64,000 nt of DNA from Patescibacteria group bacterium. Its GTDB lineage: Bacteria > Patescibacteriota > Microgenomatia > UBA10105 > UBA927. The stretch spans positions 784-64,783 of the forward strand of contig JBMOPU010000033.1 in assembly GCA_049322955.1 (NCBI GenBank), in the 5' to 3' direction. The notes below the pieces were generated by a model. It was given only the letters and a program-made list of their open reading frames with translations, had not been told where the DNA came from and did no database searches. The translations under genes were made by a program, and so were the position numbers. Positions within the stretch are counted from its first letter, which is position 1. Each line of letters begins with the position of its first letter. This document shows positions 39,201-49,561 of the stretch, piece by piece.

Positions 39201-39994
39201 ACTACGATGTGATCATGACAAGAGTTCCCAACAGCAAAGGACTCGGGCTTGCCACCGAAATATATCGCCCCAAAAAAGACGGTAAACTCCCCGTCGTGTT
39301 TCTGTTCCACGGATTTACGGGTTATAAGGAAAGTACAGATTTGGTTGATTTCGCCGATCGCTTTGCGAGCAAAGGAATTGTTGCCGTGCGTTTTACGTCC
39401 TCGGGGTTCGGCGACAGTGACGGTACGCTTGCCGACGATTACCGTTTCACGAACTACCGGAGTGACGCCGAAAGCGTATATCAGTACGTTGCCCGACTCG
39501 CCTATGCGGATACAACGCGAATGGGAGTAGTAGGGCACAGCATGGGAGGGAAGTTAGCCGTTCTTTTTTGCGCCGATCATCCCGATGTAACGGTACTCGG
39601 TGTGCTTGCGGCTCCCGTGACTTTTTTGGGAACCGCCTACGGACCGCTTCTCAAGGAATGGCGGGAAATAGGCTACTTTGAAAAAGTAAGCGGACGCGAT
39701 CAGAAAACGATTCGCATTCCGTACGAGTATGTGACCGATGTCGAAGGCGCTGAACATGATGTGCTTGCCGCCGCCGCAACCATAACGCATGCCGATACGT
39801 TAGTGATGGCAGGTCTTGCCGACACGGAGGTTCCCTGGCAGGAAACAAAGCGTATATTTGATGCCTTGCCGTCTAAAAAAACCTGGAGTTTATTACCCGG
39901 AGTTCCCCATAAATACGGGCATCAGAAGGCGCTTATTCCGGTGGTAAATACGCCCGTGGCAGAATTTATCGCCGCCCGTCTCCTACGGGATTAA
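39197..39994 (+). CDS. alpha/beta hydrolase
   Basis: FHGFTG, GHSMGG, DTEVP, catalytic His near the C-terminus; ATGA overlap with upstream gene. Confidence 0.9.
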   Translation: MNYDVIMTRVPNSKGLGLATEIYRPKKDGKLPVVFLFHGFTGYKESTDLVDFADRFASKGIVAVRFTSSGFGDSDGTLADDYRFTNYRSDAESVYQYVARLAYADTTRMGVVGHSMGGKLAVLFCADHPDVTVLGVLAAPVTFLGTAYGPLLKEWREIGYFEKVSGRDQKTIRIPYEYVTDVEGAEHDVLAAAATITHADTLVMAGLADTEVPWQETKRIFDALPSKKTWSLLPGVPHKYGHQKALIPVVNTPVAEFIAARLLRD

Positions 39995-40653
39995 AGAGAG
40001 AGATTCGGCAGGTGCGGTTCCGTTCGGTTGACTGCCACTCGAGGTTCATATTTTTTAATATCGGGAAGAATTTCCATAGGATTTAAAGCGACCCCATGCT
40101 GGGCAATCTCAAGATGCAAATGGTTTCCCGTTGCCCATCCGGTGGCGCCGACGGTACCGAGCTCGGTTTCCTTCCCCACGACTTGCCCGGTCGTTACGTC
40201 AATGCGCGACATATGAGCATAGATAGACGTCATTCCTTCTTTGTGGGACACGATGACATGCTTGCCGTACCCGCCGCTTACGGTGCCCGCGAAGGTGACG
40301 GTACCGTCCGTAACGGGATATATGGGAGTGCCTGCTGGATTGGTCAGATCGAGTCCGGGATGCCCGCCCGCAAAGTATTGCGATATACCGAAGGTAGCCA
40401 GCGGCCAGCGGAATAGGGAAGGAGCAACAACGGCATCGACCGTGGTCACATGGGTATCAAAGTAGAGTTCGGTCGAGTCAAAGCCCGCCTGTGTGGAAGG
40501 CACGACCACGCCCAAAAAAACGGCAAGGGCGATTAAGGGAACGCCGATGAGCTCGAACGCCTGCTTGTGCTCGATTTTGGTCCGTATCCAGTGGCTCAGA
40601 CGGTTGCTTCCTCGATACGGCTTGGTGAGCCATGTAAGGGCATGTTTGATCAT
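39991..40653 (-). CDS. M23 family metallopeptidase
   Basis: HPGLD, YAHM, TGNHLHLEI; N-terminal TM. Confidence 0.92.
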   Translation of the reverse strand: MIKHALTWLTKPYRGSNRLSHWIRTKIEHKQAFELIGVPLIALAVFLGVVVPSTQAGFDSTELYFDTHVTTVDAVVAPSLFRWPLATFGISQYFAGGHPGLDLTNPAGTPIYPVTDGTVTFAGTVSGGYGKHVIVSHKEGMTSIYAHMSRIDVTTGQVVGKETELGTVGATGWATGNHLHLEIAQHGVALNPMEILPDIKKYEPRVAVNRTEPHLPNLSL

Positions 40654-40703
40654 AGATTGAACCTACTAAAAAACCACTCGGGAGGAGTGGTTCAATACCC
40701 CGT

Positions 40704-40732
40704 ATTGTAGCGTAAAAAAGCCCCAAAGTCAA
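40704..40732 (-). promoter_or_regulatory. sigma70 promoter of the M23 peptidase gene
   Basis: Minus strand TTGACT-N17-TACAAT. Confidence 0.75.
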
Positions 40733-40794
40733 ATTATAGGATACTGTCAGCATTGCCGTTTGCTTGCCTTATGTGGTATGATCGAACTCAATTT

Positions 40795-41682
40795 ATGAAG
40801 CGTAAAATCGGCTTTTTCCTCGTTGTCATCGTTATCCTCCTTGTTATCGGCGGTGTGATTAAGCTCCTGGTTAACAGGGCCCCCAAAGAAGGCGAGTTGC
40901 GGGTGGATGCGAGCCCCAATGTGAGCGTATTTTTGGATAATAAGCATATCGGCAGAACCCCGCTTCGTGAGAAGGTTGCCGCAGGTGAATACACGATCCG
41001 ACTGGTTGCGGATTCGACTACCGACGATATTGCTCCCTGGCAATCAAAAATTTTCGTGGGTCCTAACCTTTTGACGTTTGTAAATGCCGTCCTCTCGGAT
41101 TCGGAGCTCTCGTCGGCCGTGGATGTGCTGTGGTTGGAAAAGAGCGTGGTCGGCAAACCGGAGCTTTCGATTGTGACCAATCCCGACGGTGCCTCCGTGG
41201 TACTCGATGATGTGACCAAAGGGATAACGCCGCTTACCATTTCCGATGTCGCGGCGGGAGATCACACGCTCACCGTCACCTCTCCCGGCTTTTTGACACG
41301 CACCATGAAAGTAAAACTCACTACCGGATATAAGCTTATTACCAGTATGAAACTCGCGTTATCTGCCGCAGGCAGTCAGCCTCAGGAATCGACGAGTGCA
41401 GCGGTTGTGCCAACCACTCCTACGCCGTCAACCAAAGCAGGGGAAACGGCAACTTCGTCGGGAACCGCCACTCCCCAAAAACCGTACGCTACGATTAAAG
41501 ATACCCCTACGGGTTTTTTGAGAGTGCGCATGGAGCCTTCAACGGGAGCTACCGAAGCGGGCAGAGTCAAACCGGGGGAAAAGTATCATATCTTTAACCA
41601 GCAAACCGGGTGGTACCAGATATCCCATGACGGTACCAACAAAGGCTGGATATCCGCCCAATACGCAGATAAAACTGAGTAA
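40795..41682 (+). CDS. membrane-anchored PEGA-domain protein with C-terminal SH3b domain
   Basis: Two PEGA repeats (GRTPL, GITPL); LRVRMEPS...WYQI...GWIS. Confidence 0.85.
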   Translation: MKRKIGFFLVVIVILLVIGGVIKLLVNRAPKEGELRVDASPNVSVFLDNKHIGRTPLREKVAAGEYTIRLVADSTTDDIAPWQSKIFVGPNLLTFVNAVLSDSELSSAVDVLWLEKSVVGKPELSIVTNPDGASVVLDDVTKGITPLTISDVAAGDHTLTVTSPGFLTRTMKVKLTTGYKLITSMKLALSAAGSQPQESTSAAVVPTTPTPSTKAGETATSSGTATPQKPYATIKDTPTGFLRVRMEPSTGATEAGRVKPGEKYHIFNQQTGWYQISHDGTNKGWISAQYADKTE

Positions 41683-41688
41683 TCTTCT

Positions 41689-42024
41689 ATGCCGGTTATT
41701 GCCGAAAAAGCCGCGATCCATCACACCCGAGAAGGAGTGAACGCTTCATATTATCAATTTCCTGATATAAGCGGAGGAACCACCGTAGCGACCGCCACAT
41801 TCACAGGGCCTCACGGTGAACGTACCCTCGGTGACCATCCGCGAATATATGTGGTGACGGAAGGAAAAGGTGATGTTATCATCGACAAGCAAGTTACTGA
41901 GGTGCGTGCCGGTGATGTGATTGCGATTCCCCCTCATGCGACCTACGACCTTACTCCCAAAGAAGGAAAACTCTGCGTTATTCTGTTTATGGAGCTGTTA
42001 GATACGTCAAAACTTCCGAAGTAG
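41689..42024 (+). CDS. cupin domain protein
   Basis: YVVTEGKG...VRAGDVIAIPP. Confidence 0.75.
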   Translation: MPVIAEKAAIHHTREGVNASYYQFPDISGGTTVATATFTGPHGERTLGDHPRIYVVTEGKGDVIIDKQVTEVRAGDVIAIPPHATYDLTPKEGKLCVILFMELLDTSKLPK

Positions 42025-42029
42025 GATAT

Positions 42030-42968
42030 TTACCCCCCTATGCCGTAGATGACGAAGAGGGTTGCTCCCACCCACAGTACGACTGTGGAAAGAAGCGGCA
42101 AATCGGTGGTGAGAATCTGTTCCGGTGATTCACCTTTCCCGTGATAGATAAGTTGCATGTACCGCATGATGCCGTACAGCACAAAGGGAATCGTCATCAT
42201 CATCCACTTCCGATCGGGGATTCCGATGACAAAATCACTGTAGTTTCTAAATATTATTCCCTGAGTAATGGGTCGTTCCAGAAAAGTAAAATACGTATAG
42301 GAAATAAACGTACTGGTCGCAAACATTGACGTATAGGCGTCCAGAAGCTTTTCCGAGTAATGGGAAAGCGCCGCCCGCGTATCTTTGGGTGAGGCATCAC
42401 CGGATCCTTGGATAAGAGTGAGTTCCGCCCGCCTTTTTCCGATAGCAAGAAATAGCGCAAGCGATAATGCGGCGAGCGCCAGCCAGATGGAGATATGATA
42501 ACCGCTGGCGGCTTCTCCGGCGTAGACGCGCAACACGTACCCCGTCGTTATGGCGATAATATCGACGACCGAAATATGCTTTAACACCACGGAGTATGAA
42601 TACTGCAGAATGATAAAGCCGACGGAGAAAAGAAAGAACGTATGTCCTACGGAACTGGCGATGGCAAGTCCACCCGCGAGCATCAAAAGCGACACCAACA
42701 GTGCCGTCTTAATGGGAAGTTTGCCGCTTGCGACGGGACGGAATTTTTTGAACGGGTGACGCCTGTCTGCGGGCGCATCGAGCACGTCATTTAATATATA
42801 GTTCGATGAGGAAAGCAAACAAAACGAGATGAAGCCTAAAATCGTGGCGATAAAAAGCGGTCCATAGAAGAGTTGCCCCGTAAAAAATATCGTGGTGAAC
42901 AACGCCAGATTTTTTAGCCACTGTCGTGGTCTCGCTGCTTTGAGAATTGCGTAAAGTAGCTGACCCAT
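42030..42968 (-). CDS. UbiA family prenyltransferase, decaprenyl-phosphate phosphoribosyltransferase-like
   Basis: RPRQWLKN, YILNDVLD..ADRRHPFK..RPVASG, KRRAEL. Confidence 0.88.
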   Translation of the reverse strand: MGQLLYAILKAARPRQWLKNLALFTTIFFTGQLFYGPLFIATILGFISFCLLSSSNYILNDVLDAPADRRHPFKKFRPVASGKLPIKTALLVSLLMLAGGLAIASSVGHTFFLFSVGFIILQYSYSVVLKHISVVDIIAITTGYVLRVYAGEAASGYHISIWLALAALSLALFLAIGKRRAELTLIQGSGDASPKDTRAALSHYSEKLLDAYTSMFATSTFISYTYFTFLERPITQGIIFRNYSDFVIGIPDRKWMMMTIPFVLYGIMRYMQLIYHGKGESPEQILTTDLPLLSTVVLWVGATLFVIYGIGG

Positions 42969-43990
42969 ACAAAAAACATGGTCAACGCAACAGCCACAGC
43001 AATAAACGCAAACACTTTAAGCGTGCTTGTGACTGTGAGTGAGACCAGCCCCAGTATAGCCGAGACTCCCCAGTAAAACAAGGCTATCTGCGGTTTGCTC
43101 CATCCGAGATCCAGAAGTTTATGATGGAGGTGTCCGCGGTCGGCAAGGACGGGAGATTTTTTGGTCCCGATACGACGGACAAGGGTTGCCACCGCATCGA
43201 GCATAGGGATGCCGAGGACAAGCAACGCCGTGCCCAATTTGGCAAATGATAAAATTCCCAAAAGTGCCAGAAAGAATCCCGCAAGTGTCTTACCGCCGTA
43301 GCCGGGCATAATCCGTTGCGGATAAAAGTTCCAGGGAAGAAAGCCGAGGTATGCGCCGGTGACGATAAACGCAAGAATGGTTACCCAGATTTGCTGAGGA
43401 TCAAGGAGACTATAACGAAGCGACAAAAGCCCTAAGACAAACGCGGATATGGCGACATAGCCGGGCATTTGTCCGTCAACGCCCGCACTCCATCCGATGA
43501 TATTCATCGTCCAGACTATCCAAATAACGGCAAGGACGTGCGGTAGACCCACGGTTATATCGAAGGGGAGCGTAACGCTCCACGCCGCAAGCGGCAGTAC
43601 CCCGCCGGTCAGGGGATTGGTGATAAAGGGGATTGAACTGCCGGTTATAACAACAAGCAGTGCCACCGCCACATTTGTGATAAGCCGTAAATACGGGTTC
43701 ACATCCTTTTTATCATCCATGAGACCCACCACGGTAAGAATGATACTGCCGGCAACAATACCGATAATCTGAGGGGTGATGGGCAGTGTAATAAGGATCG
43801 TTACTCCTATTCCGATAAGAAGCGCCAATCCTCCCGCACGGGGAATAATCCCTTTGTGGGTATGGGCGGGGTGATACCGATGTTTTGGGTCATCCACCAG
43901 CCCGAACCTGCGGGCAAGTCTCATAACCAGCGGGGTTGTCACTCCGGTAATTAATGCCGCGATAAGTAATGGAGGAAGAAACGGTGTCAT
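42914..43990 (-). CDS. polyprenyl-phosphate GlcNAc-1-phosphate transferase (WecA/TagO, MraY-like)
   Basis: PRAGG, GLMDD, GVDG, PWNFYP, ADRGHLHH. Confidence 0.88.
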   Translation of the reverse strand: MTPFLPPLLIAALITGVTTPLVMRLARRFGLVDDPKHRYHPAHTHKGIIPRAGGLALLIGIGVTILITLPITPQIIGIVAGSIILTVVGLMDDKKDVNPYLRLITNVAVALLVVITGSSIPFITNPLTGGVLPLAAWSVTLPFDITVGLPHVLAVIWIVWTMNIIGWSAGVDGQMPGYVAISAFVLGLLSLRYSLLDPQQIWVTILAFIVTGAYLGFLPWNFYPQRIMPGYGGKTLAGFFLALLGILSFAKLGTALLVLGIPMLDAVATLVRRIGTKKSPVLADRGHLHHKLLDLGWSKPQIALFYWGVSAILGLVSLTVTSTLKVFAFIAVAVALTMFFVWVSYFTQFSKQRDHDSG

Positions 43991-44380
43991 TTAGCTGATG
44001 AGCGTAATGATACGAACTACAATAATGGTGCTGATCACGGAAATAAGGAGCGAGGTAAGTGACAATACCCTGGCAAACATGGGATGATCTTTTGCCGATC
44101 GCGCGACCATACTGCGGTTCACCATATACACGATAATTGCGGTGAGTATGGGTATCGTCAGAAAAAACGGTGAAGCGAGCCGTTCCTCACCCCACGGTTT
44201 GCTGTACCAGATAGGGATTTTTGGCGGCAACAGCCGCCAGGCTAACCCGAGGGTGGATGCGCCGATAACCGCCTGTGCGATAACGGCAACCCTCGCGAGC
44301 CGCTGTTCCCACGTGGTATCGGTATATCTGAGGCTCTCAAGGAGTCCGTCAGCTTTTTGGATGGGGAGGGTAAATTTCAT
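43991..44380 (-). CDS. small membrane protein (DUF1648-like)
   Basis: LPPKIPIWYSKPWGEERLA between TM helices. Confidence 0.65.
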   Translation of the reverse strand: MKFTLPIQKADGLLESLRYTDTTWEQRLARVAVIAQAVIGASTLGLAWRLLPPKIPIWYSKPWGEERLASPFFLTIPILTAIIVYMVNRSMVARSAKDHPMFARVLSLTSLLISVISTIIVVRIITLIS

Positions 44381-45714
44381 AGCGGCATCCGATAAACGAC
44401 ATCAAACGTTCCGTCGGTATGGATAAGAAATGCTCGACTCGGATATATGGGATAATCGCGTACCATGCGGGACGGTGTTATAAGCGCATCGCCTATATAC
44501 CAGGGGAAAATATTATCGTTGGGGTTGTACAAATATACTTTGGACGAATCTTTCGTGTAGTACAGCGTTTCCAGATAAATCAACGAGTCGGAAGCCAACA
44601 CCACATCGCCGGGTTTCATCAGGGCATGCACCTGTTCAAACGTTTCCCGTACCGGTGTTTTGGCATGGAACGGTGCATACCACCAGTTGATCCAGATTAC
44701 TCCTGCAAACAGGATTGCCGCCGTTATTTTTTGGAGTAAGGGTTTTCGTATTGCCGCAAGTGCCGCGGTGACTACCAATACTTCCGCTACGGTTACGGGA
44801 ATAAGGTATCTATTTACAAATAACGGTTTGATAAACGATATGCCGATAATACCGATAAGGGGGATAAGCCCGAAAAAAAGCAAAAGACGCACATGTTCCC
44901 TCATTTTGCTCCCCGCGATTGCTCCCCAACCCGCAAGCACGATGCCGAGTGACAGATAACGGGTATATTTCCATCCGAACCACGGGGTACCTTCGTAGCC
45001 GACAAACATATTGCCGAGGACGGATCTGACAAGTTGCACATCAACCGGGAAGTACCATGACGACTTCATGCGACCCATCTCAAGGCCGATACGGATAAGC
45101 CAGGGCACCATCAAAAGTACGGCCAGGGCGACACTGCGAACGCCGGAATCTTTTGCAACACGCCCCAGCATGCGGAGAAAAGATTGATGCTTTTGGAAAA
45201 GCTGATGCCGCTCTACAAACAGCCGGTGCAAAAACAGGGCGCCGACAAACGGCAGGATATAAACGTGGGTATAGAACCCGAGAACCGCCGCTACCACAAA
45301 CCATAGCCACCGTTTTGTGGCATAGGCGTATAGCGTTGCCGTCGCAAAAAATATATACCAGCCGTACGTGCGCACTTCAAACGCGTAATACAACAACATC
45401 GGGTTAACGAAGAAGAAAAGCGGCACAAACCAAGCGAGCCAGTGTTTTTTATAAAGTTGATCCGCCCATTCGATGATGATGACCGTGGCAAGCAAAAATC
45501 CTACGAGCGACAGACTTCGCGCGGCAAGTTCACTCGTGCCGAATATCTTGATCCAAAAGTGAAGCATGGTGTAGTAAAGCGGCGGTTCAAACCCGAGTCG
45601 GGTGAAGATAAACGAAAGAGATTCCTTTGCGGCGAGCACCGAAAACGCCTCATCCCGCCAAAAACTCTGCACAAGATAGAGAAGCGGGGTATGCGACAGC
45701 AGATAATTCAACAT
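44377..45714 (-). CDS. GT-C fold membrane glycosyltransferase (GT39-like)
   Basis: SFWRDEAFS, PPLYY, EVRTY; many TM segments. Confidence 0.85.
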   Translation of the reverse strand: MLNYLLSHTPLLYLVQSFWRDEAFSVLAAKESLSFIFTRLGFEPPLYYTMLHFWIKIFGTSELAARSLSLVGFLLATVIIIEWADQLYKKHWLAWFVPLFFFVNPMLLYYAFEVRTYGWYIFFATATLYAYATKRWLWFVVAAVLGFYTHVYILPFVGALFLHRLFVERHQLFQKHQSFLRMLGRVAKDSGVRSVALAVLLMVPWLIRIGLEMGRMKSSWYFPVDVQLVRSVLGNMFVGYEGTPWFGWKYTRYLSLGIVLAGWGAIAGSKMREHVRLLLFFGLIPLIGIIGISFIKPLFVNRYLIPVTVAEVLVVTAALAAIRKPLLQKITAAILFAGVIWINWWYAPFHAKTPVRETFEQVHALMKPGDVVLASDSLIYLETLYYTKDSSKVYLYNPNDNIFPWYIGDALITPSRMVRDYPIYPSRAFLIHTDGTFDVVYRMPL

Positions 45715-45723
45715 ACGATGCTA

Positions 45724-47205
45724 TTATATCTTTTCCGTCACGCGATATTCCAGTCGCTTGCCTAACATCAGGCGCGTATGCGCATCGAGTCCCGGAAGTG
45801 CTGACAGGAAGAATGAAATGATGGGAAGGGTGAGCCACTGCAGGTATAAAAGCGGCAGTTTCCATTTGGGGTATGCTTTCGGCGGCGGAGGCTTAATACG
45901 CCAATCAATGATAAAGACGATAAGCAAGAAGATAGTTGATAAGGTAAGGATCCCGGAGGAAATCTGAGCGAGATTATGACCGAGAACCGTTCTGCCGAAT
46001 ACGGGATTAATAAGCGGGGGAACGGTACTGCCTATCGTCAGAATAAACCAATTGGTCGGCCAAAGAATGTGATGTTCAAGAAGCGATGAAACGCGCCGTA
46101 CCCGTTCGGAAAGTTTAATTTCGGGATGGAGAAACGATTGCCGTATCACATAAGGGATATCGGATACGCCCCATGCCCATCGTTTTGCCTGCTCGTATTG
46201 GTTGACGAACGTGTTCACGAATCCGTGACTTTCCGCGGCATCGACGAGTATCGGCAAGAAAATCGGGCGAACCGATACTTTCTCCCCCCGGGTAAAGAAG
46301 ACGGAAAAGAACATATGATAGTCCTCGGGGATGACATCCACCGCCCAAAACCCTACTTCACGGGCGGTCCGATATGCGAGAGAATACGTCGAAAAATTGA
46401 TGAGTTTCGATTCCTGTGAAAGGAACGCCAAATTCCACATGCTGTTTAACGTATTGAGAAACCTGTTGGGAAGCGGAATTCGCCAGATATTGCTGTAGAA
46501 CATGATGCTTCCCTGGTAGAGGTGGTCAAACCGATTGGTATCGGTCAAAAACTGAAACGCCAGCGCAGAAAAATATTTGGGGTGCGGAAGCGCATCGGCA
46601 TCACAGGAAGTAATGGTCAGCCATTCGTCGGGTATCCGATGTTTTTTGATATAAATATCCGCCTGTTTTGCCGCCCAAGCCATATTCGAAGATTTTCCCG
46701 CAATTTCTCCCGGGGCGAGCGTATGTTGCGTGACCAGAAAATGCCCGAATGTTTTGCCGAACTCTTTTTGAAGAAGCGCGCCCGTTGCTACCGCCGCCGG
46801 ATCTTTCGTTTCAGTCGCAAGCACGATGATCATGCGTTCTGTGGGGAAATCCTGATTGGCAAGGTTTTCAAGCGTCCGTTTTAAAATATGCACGGGCTCC
46901 CGATATTCCGGGATGACGATCATGTGCCAGACGTCATTAAAATGGGGAAACGATTCCGCTTGCGCGCGCCAATTGACCGCGGCGTGCGCCGTATAGGTGA
47001 TAAATGATCGCAATGCATAATTGACCAGTGTCACCGATTTATAAAACCAATACACGTCAAACGTGATGATGAAGTAGGCAACCAACGCTGGGTGCCAGAA
47101 CGAGAGCCATAACGGCATGGTGATGATAATCCATGAGGTGAGCGGTATCGAGATCTCAAGAAGCCGCTGAGTTTTGTTTGGGTAGAGTTCGAATAGCCGG
47201 CGCAT
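45724..47205 (-). CDS. GT2 family membrane glycosyltransferase
   Basis: GKSSN, CDAD, EDY, QAKRWAWG (QxxRW); TM segments at both ends. Confidence 0.88.
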   Translation of the reverse strand: MRRLFELYPNKTQRLLEISIPLTSWIIITMPLWLSFWHPALVAYFIITFDVYWFYKSVTLVNYALRSFITYTAHAAVNWRAQAESFPHFNDVWHMIVIPEYREPVHILKRTLENLANQDFPTERMIIVLATETKDPAAVATGALLQKEFGKTFGHFLVTQHTLAPGEIAGKSSNMAWAAKQADIYIKKHRIPDEWLTITSCDADALPHPKYFSALAFQFLTDTNRFDHLYQGSIMFYSNIWRIPLPNRFLNTLNSMWNLAFLSQESKLINFSTYSLAYRTAREVGFWAVDVIPEDYHMFFSVFFTRGEKVSVRPIFLPILVDAAESHGFVNTFVNQYEQAKRWAWGVSDIPYVIRQSFLHPEIKLSERVRRVSSLLEHHILWPTNWFILTIGSTVPPLINPVFGRTVLGHNLAQISSGILTLSTIFLLIVFIIDWRIKPPPPKAYPKWKLPLLYLQWLTLPIISFFLSALPGLDAHTRLMLGKRLEYRVTEKI

Positions 47206-47258
47206 AGAATCAAGCTAAATTATACCATGCGGGAAGCATTACCGCGAAAAGCCGGCGT

Positions 47259-48044
47259 TTAATAAACAAGCCCGAAGAGAGCCTGCGCGTTTCGGGTGGT
47301 AGTTTCCCGTATCTGTGCAACGGGCTTATTCTGAAGCAGGGCAATTTTTTCCGCGATAAGGGGGATATACTTTGGTTCGTTTCGTTTGCCCCGATGGGGA
47401 ACGGGAGTAAGGTACGGTGCATCGGTTTCCAACACAAGTGAATCCTCGGGGATATGGGGGACGACCATGGGCAGTTGCTTCGAATAGGTCACATTGCCGT
47501 CGATACCGATATAAAATCCCAGAGATACGGCAATCCGAAGGTCCTGCTGACTGCCCGAAAAACAGTGAAAAACTCCACGCGGAATTTTAGGAAGACTGGT
47601 TATGATGCCGAATACATCATCAAATGCTTCGCGGCAATGAATGATAACAGGTAAATCATACCTTACCGCCAAATTGAGTTGTTCGATAAATAAGCGTTGT
47701 TGGACGTCTTTCCTTCCCGCCGCGACCTCGCCGCGATACTCATGGTAATCCAAACCGCACTCGCCGATTGCCACGATGAAAGGTTTATTTTCGGGATTGT
47801 TAAGGAGCGTTTCGAGGTAACTCAAATCGGGATTTTTCGGCGCTTCATACGGATGAAACCCTACGGCGGCATAGACGACGGAGGGATGTAATTTTGCAAG
47901 ATGCAATGCCGTACGGCAAGAATTATGATCCACCCCGGGGACGACGAATTGTTTTACTCCCGCTTTTTTGGCATTGCCAATCACCGCGGCCCGATCCGTA
48001 TCGAAATCGGCAAAGTTTAACTGGACGTGGGTATCGATATACAT
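47259..48044 (-). CDS. tatD: TatD family nuclease
   Basis: IDTHVQ, GFHP, IGECGLDY, IHCREA, HCFSG, ETDAPYL. Confidence 0.92.
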   Translation of the reverse strand: MYIDTHVQLNFADFDTDRAAVIGNAKKAGVKQFVVPGVDHNSCRTALHLAKLHPSVVYAAVGFHPYEAPKNPDLSYLETLLNNPENKPFIVAIGECGLDYHEYRGEVAAGRKDVQQRLFIEQLNLAVRYDLPVIIHCREAFDDVFGIITSLPKIPRGVFHCFSGSQQDLRIAVSLGFYIGIDGNVTYSKQLPMVVPHIPEDSLVLETDAPYLTPVPHRGKRNEPKYIPLIAEKIALLQNKPVAQIRETTTRNAQALFGLVY

Positions 48045-48081
48045 ACTTTTAACAAGGTAACTCGTACCACTCACCGTTAAT

Positions 48082-49521
48082 TTATGTAAGGCGCGGGAAC
48101 ATGGGCGGTTCGGCTTTTATCGCGGAACCGGAAAATTGTCTGGTGATTTTGTTCGCGGTTTCGGGCATAAACGGCTGTAACAATACCGATATCGCGCGAA
48201 TTGCCTCAACCGATTTTTCAAGTGCCGCACGTTTTTCATCGCCGACAAGTTTCCAGGGAGCGGTGTCATTTATGTATTGATCCGTAGCTTTAATATCGTT
48301 CCATACCGTTTTCACCGCTTCGTCAAATGCAAAGTTTTTTAATGCCGTTTCATACGGGGTTTTTGCCACCGTTATCGCATACGCCTCTGATTTCATCGGT
48401 GCAAAGGTAAGCCCTTCGGCAAGTTTTGCAACTCGGGAAACAAGGTTTCCCAGTCCGTTCGCTAATTCTGCGTTATAGAGCTCTTTAAATCGGCGCTCGG
48501 AAAAATCTCCGTCACTGGTTGCCGGTATTTCACGCAAAAAGTAATAGCGGATCGCGTCGGTGCCGTATTTGTCTATCAACAGGTGAGGGTCGATAACATT
48601 ACCGAGCGTTTTACTCATTTTTTGTCCGTTCACGGTGAAGTATCCGTGAACAAATAATGCCTTCGGTGTCGGAAGTCCTGCGGAAAGCAAAAATGCCGGC
48701 CAATACACCGCGTGGAAGCGGCTGATACCTTTGCCGATTACATGGACATCGGCAGGCCACCATTTATTATATTGAGTTTCATCCCAGCCGAATCCTACTC
48801 CGGATTGGTAGATGTTTAACGCATCAAACCAAACGTACATGCGCTGTGTGTCGTCTCCGGGTACGGGAACTCCCCAGTTTTTCGCGCGTTCATTACTTCG
48901 TGAGATACTGATATCCATAAGCGGCTGTTTGAGGAATGATAACACCTCATTTTTTCTCGATTCGGGAGTAATCGCCAATTTCCCTGAGGTAATCAGATGA
49001 ATGATCTGGGACTGATATTTTGAAAGACGGAAAAAATAATTTTCTTCCTTTACGACTTCCAATTTCTTTCCGGGATGTTCATAACATTCACCGTTTTCAT
49101 TGAGTTCTTCCGGTTCATAAAATGTTTCGCACCCTACGCAGTACAGTCCTTCATAAGATTTTTTATAAATATCTCCTGCCTTGTCGCACAGTTCCCACAG
49201 TTTTTGACTGGCGGGGAAGTGGTTATCGGTATCGCTTCCTTTTTGCCAGATATCAAATTGGCACGCTAATGCCTTCGTAAGCTCGTAAAATTTGATGTTA
49301 TTATCATCGATAAATTCCTGTACGGGAACCCCGGCTTTTTCCGCCGCCTGCACATTCTTTAACGCGTTTTCATCGCCGCCCGAGAGTAATCGCACGTCTT
49401 CACCCAGTAACCTATGAAATCTCGCAATCACATCACCCTGGACAAATTCAAGCGCATGTCCAATATGCGGTGCCGCATTGACGTAAGGAATCGCACAGGT
49501 AATATAGAATTTATTTTGCAT
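48082..49521 (-). CDS. metG: methionyl-tRNA synthetase (short form)
   Basis: PYVNAAPHIGH, YVWFDAL, KMSKT. Confidence 0.96.
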   Translation of the reverse strand: MQNKFYITCAIPYVNAAPHIGHALEFVQGDVIARFHRLLGEDVRLLSGGDENALKNVQAAEKAGVPVQEFIDDNNIKFYELTKALACQFDIWQKGSDTDNHFPASQKLWELCDKAGDIYKKSYEGLYCVGCETFYEPEELNENGECYEHPGKKLEVVKEENYFFRLSKYQSQIIHLITSGKLAITPESRKNEVLSFLKQPLMDISISRSNERAKNWGVPVPGDDTQRMYVWFDALNIYQSGVGFGWDETQYNKWWPADVHVIGKGISRFHAVYWPAFLLSAGLPTPKALFVHGYFTVNGQKMSKTLGNVIDPHLLIDKYGTDAIRYYFLREIPATSDGDFSERRFKELYNAELANGLGNLVSRVAKLAEGLTFAPMKSEAYAITVAKTPYETALKNFAFDEAVKTVWNDIKATDQYINDTAPWKLVGDEKRAALEKSVEAIRAISVLLQPFMPETANKITRQFSGSAIKAEPPMFPRLT

Positions 49522-49561
49522 ACTCCGTATTTTACTACATTCAATGCATTGCCGAGCGGGA

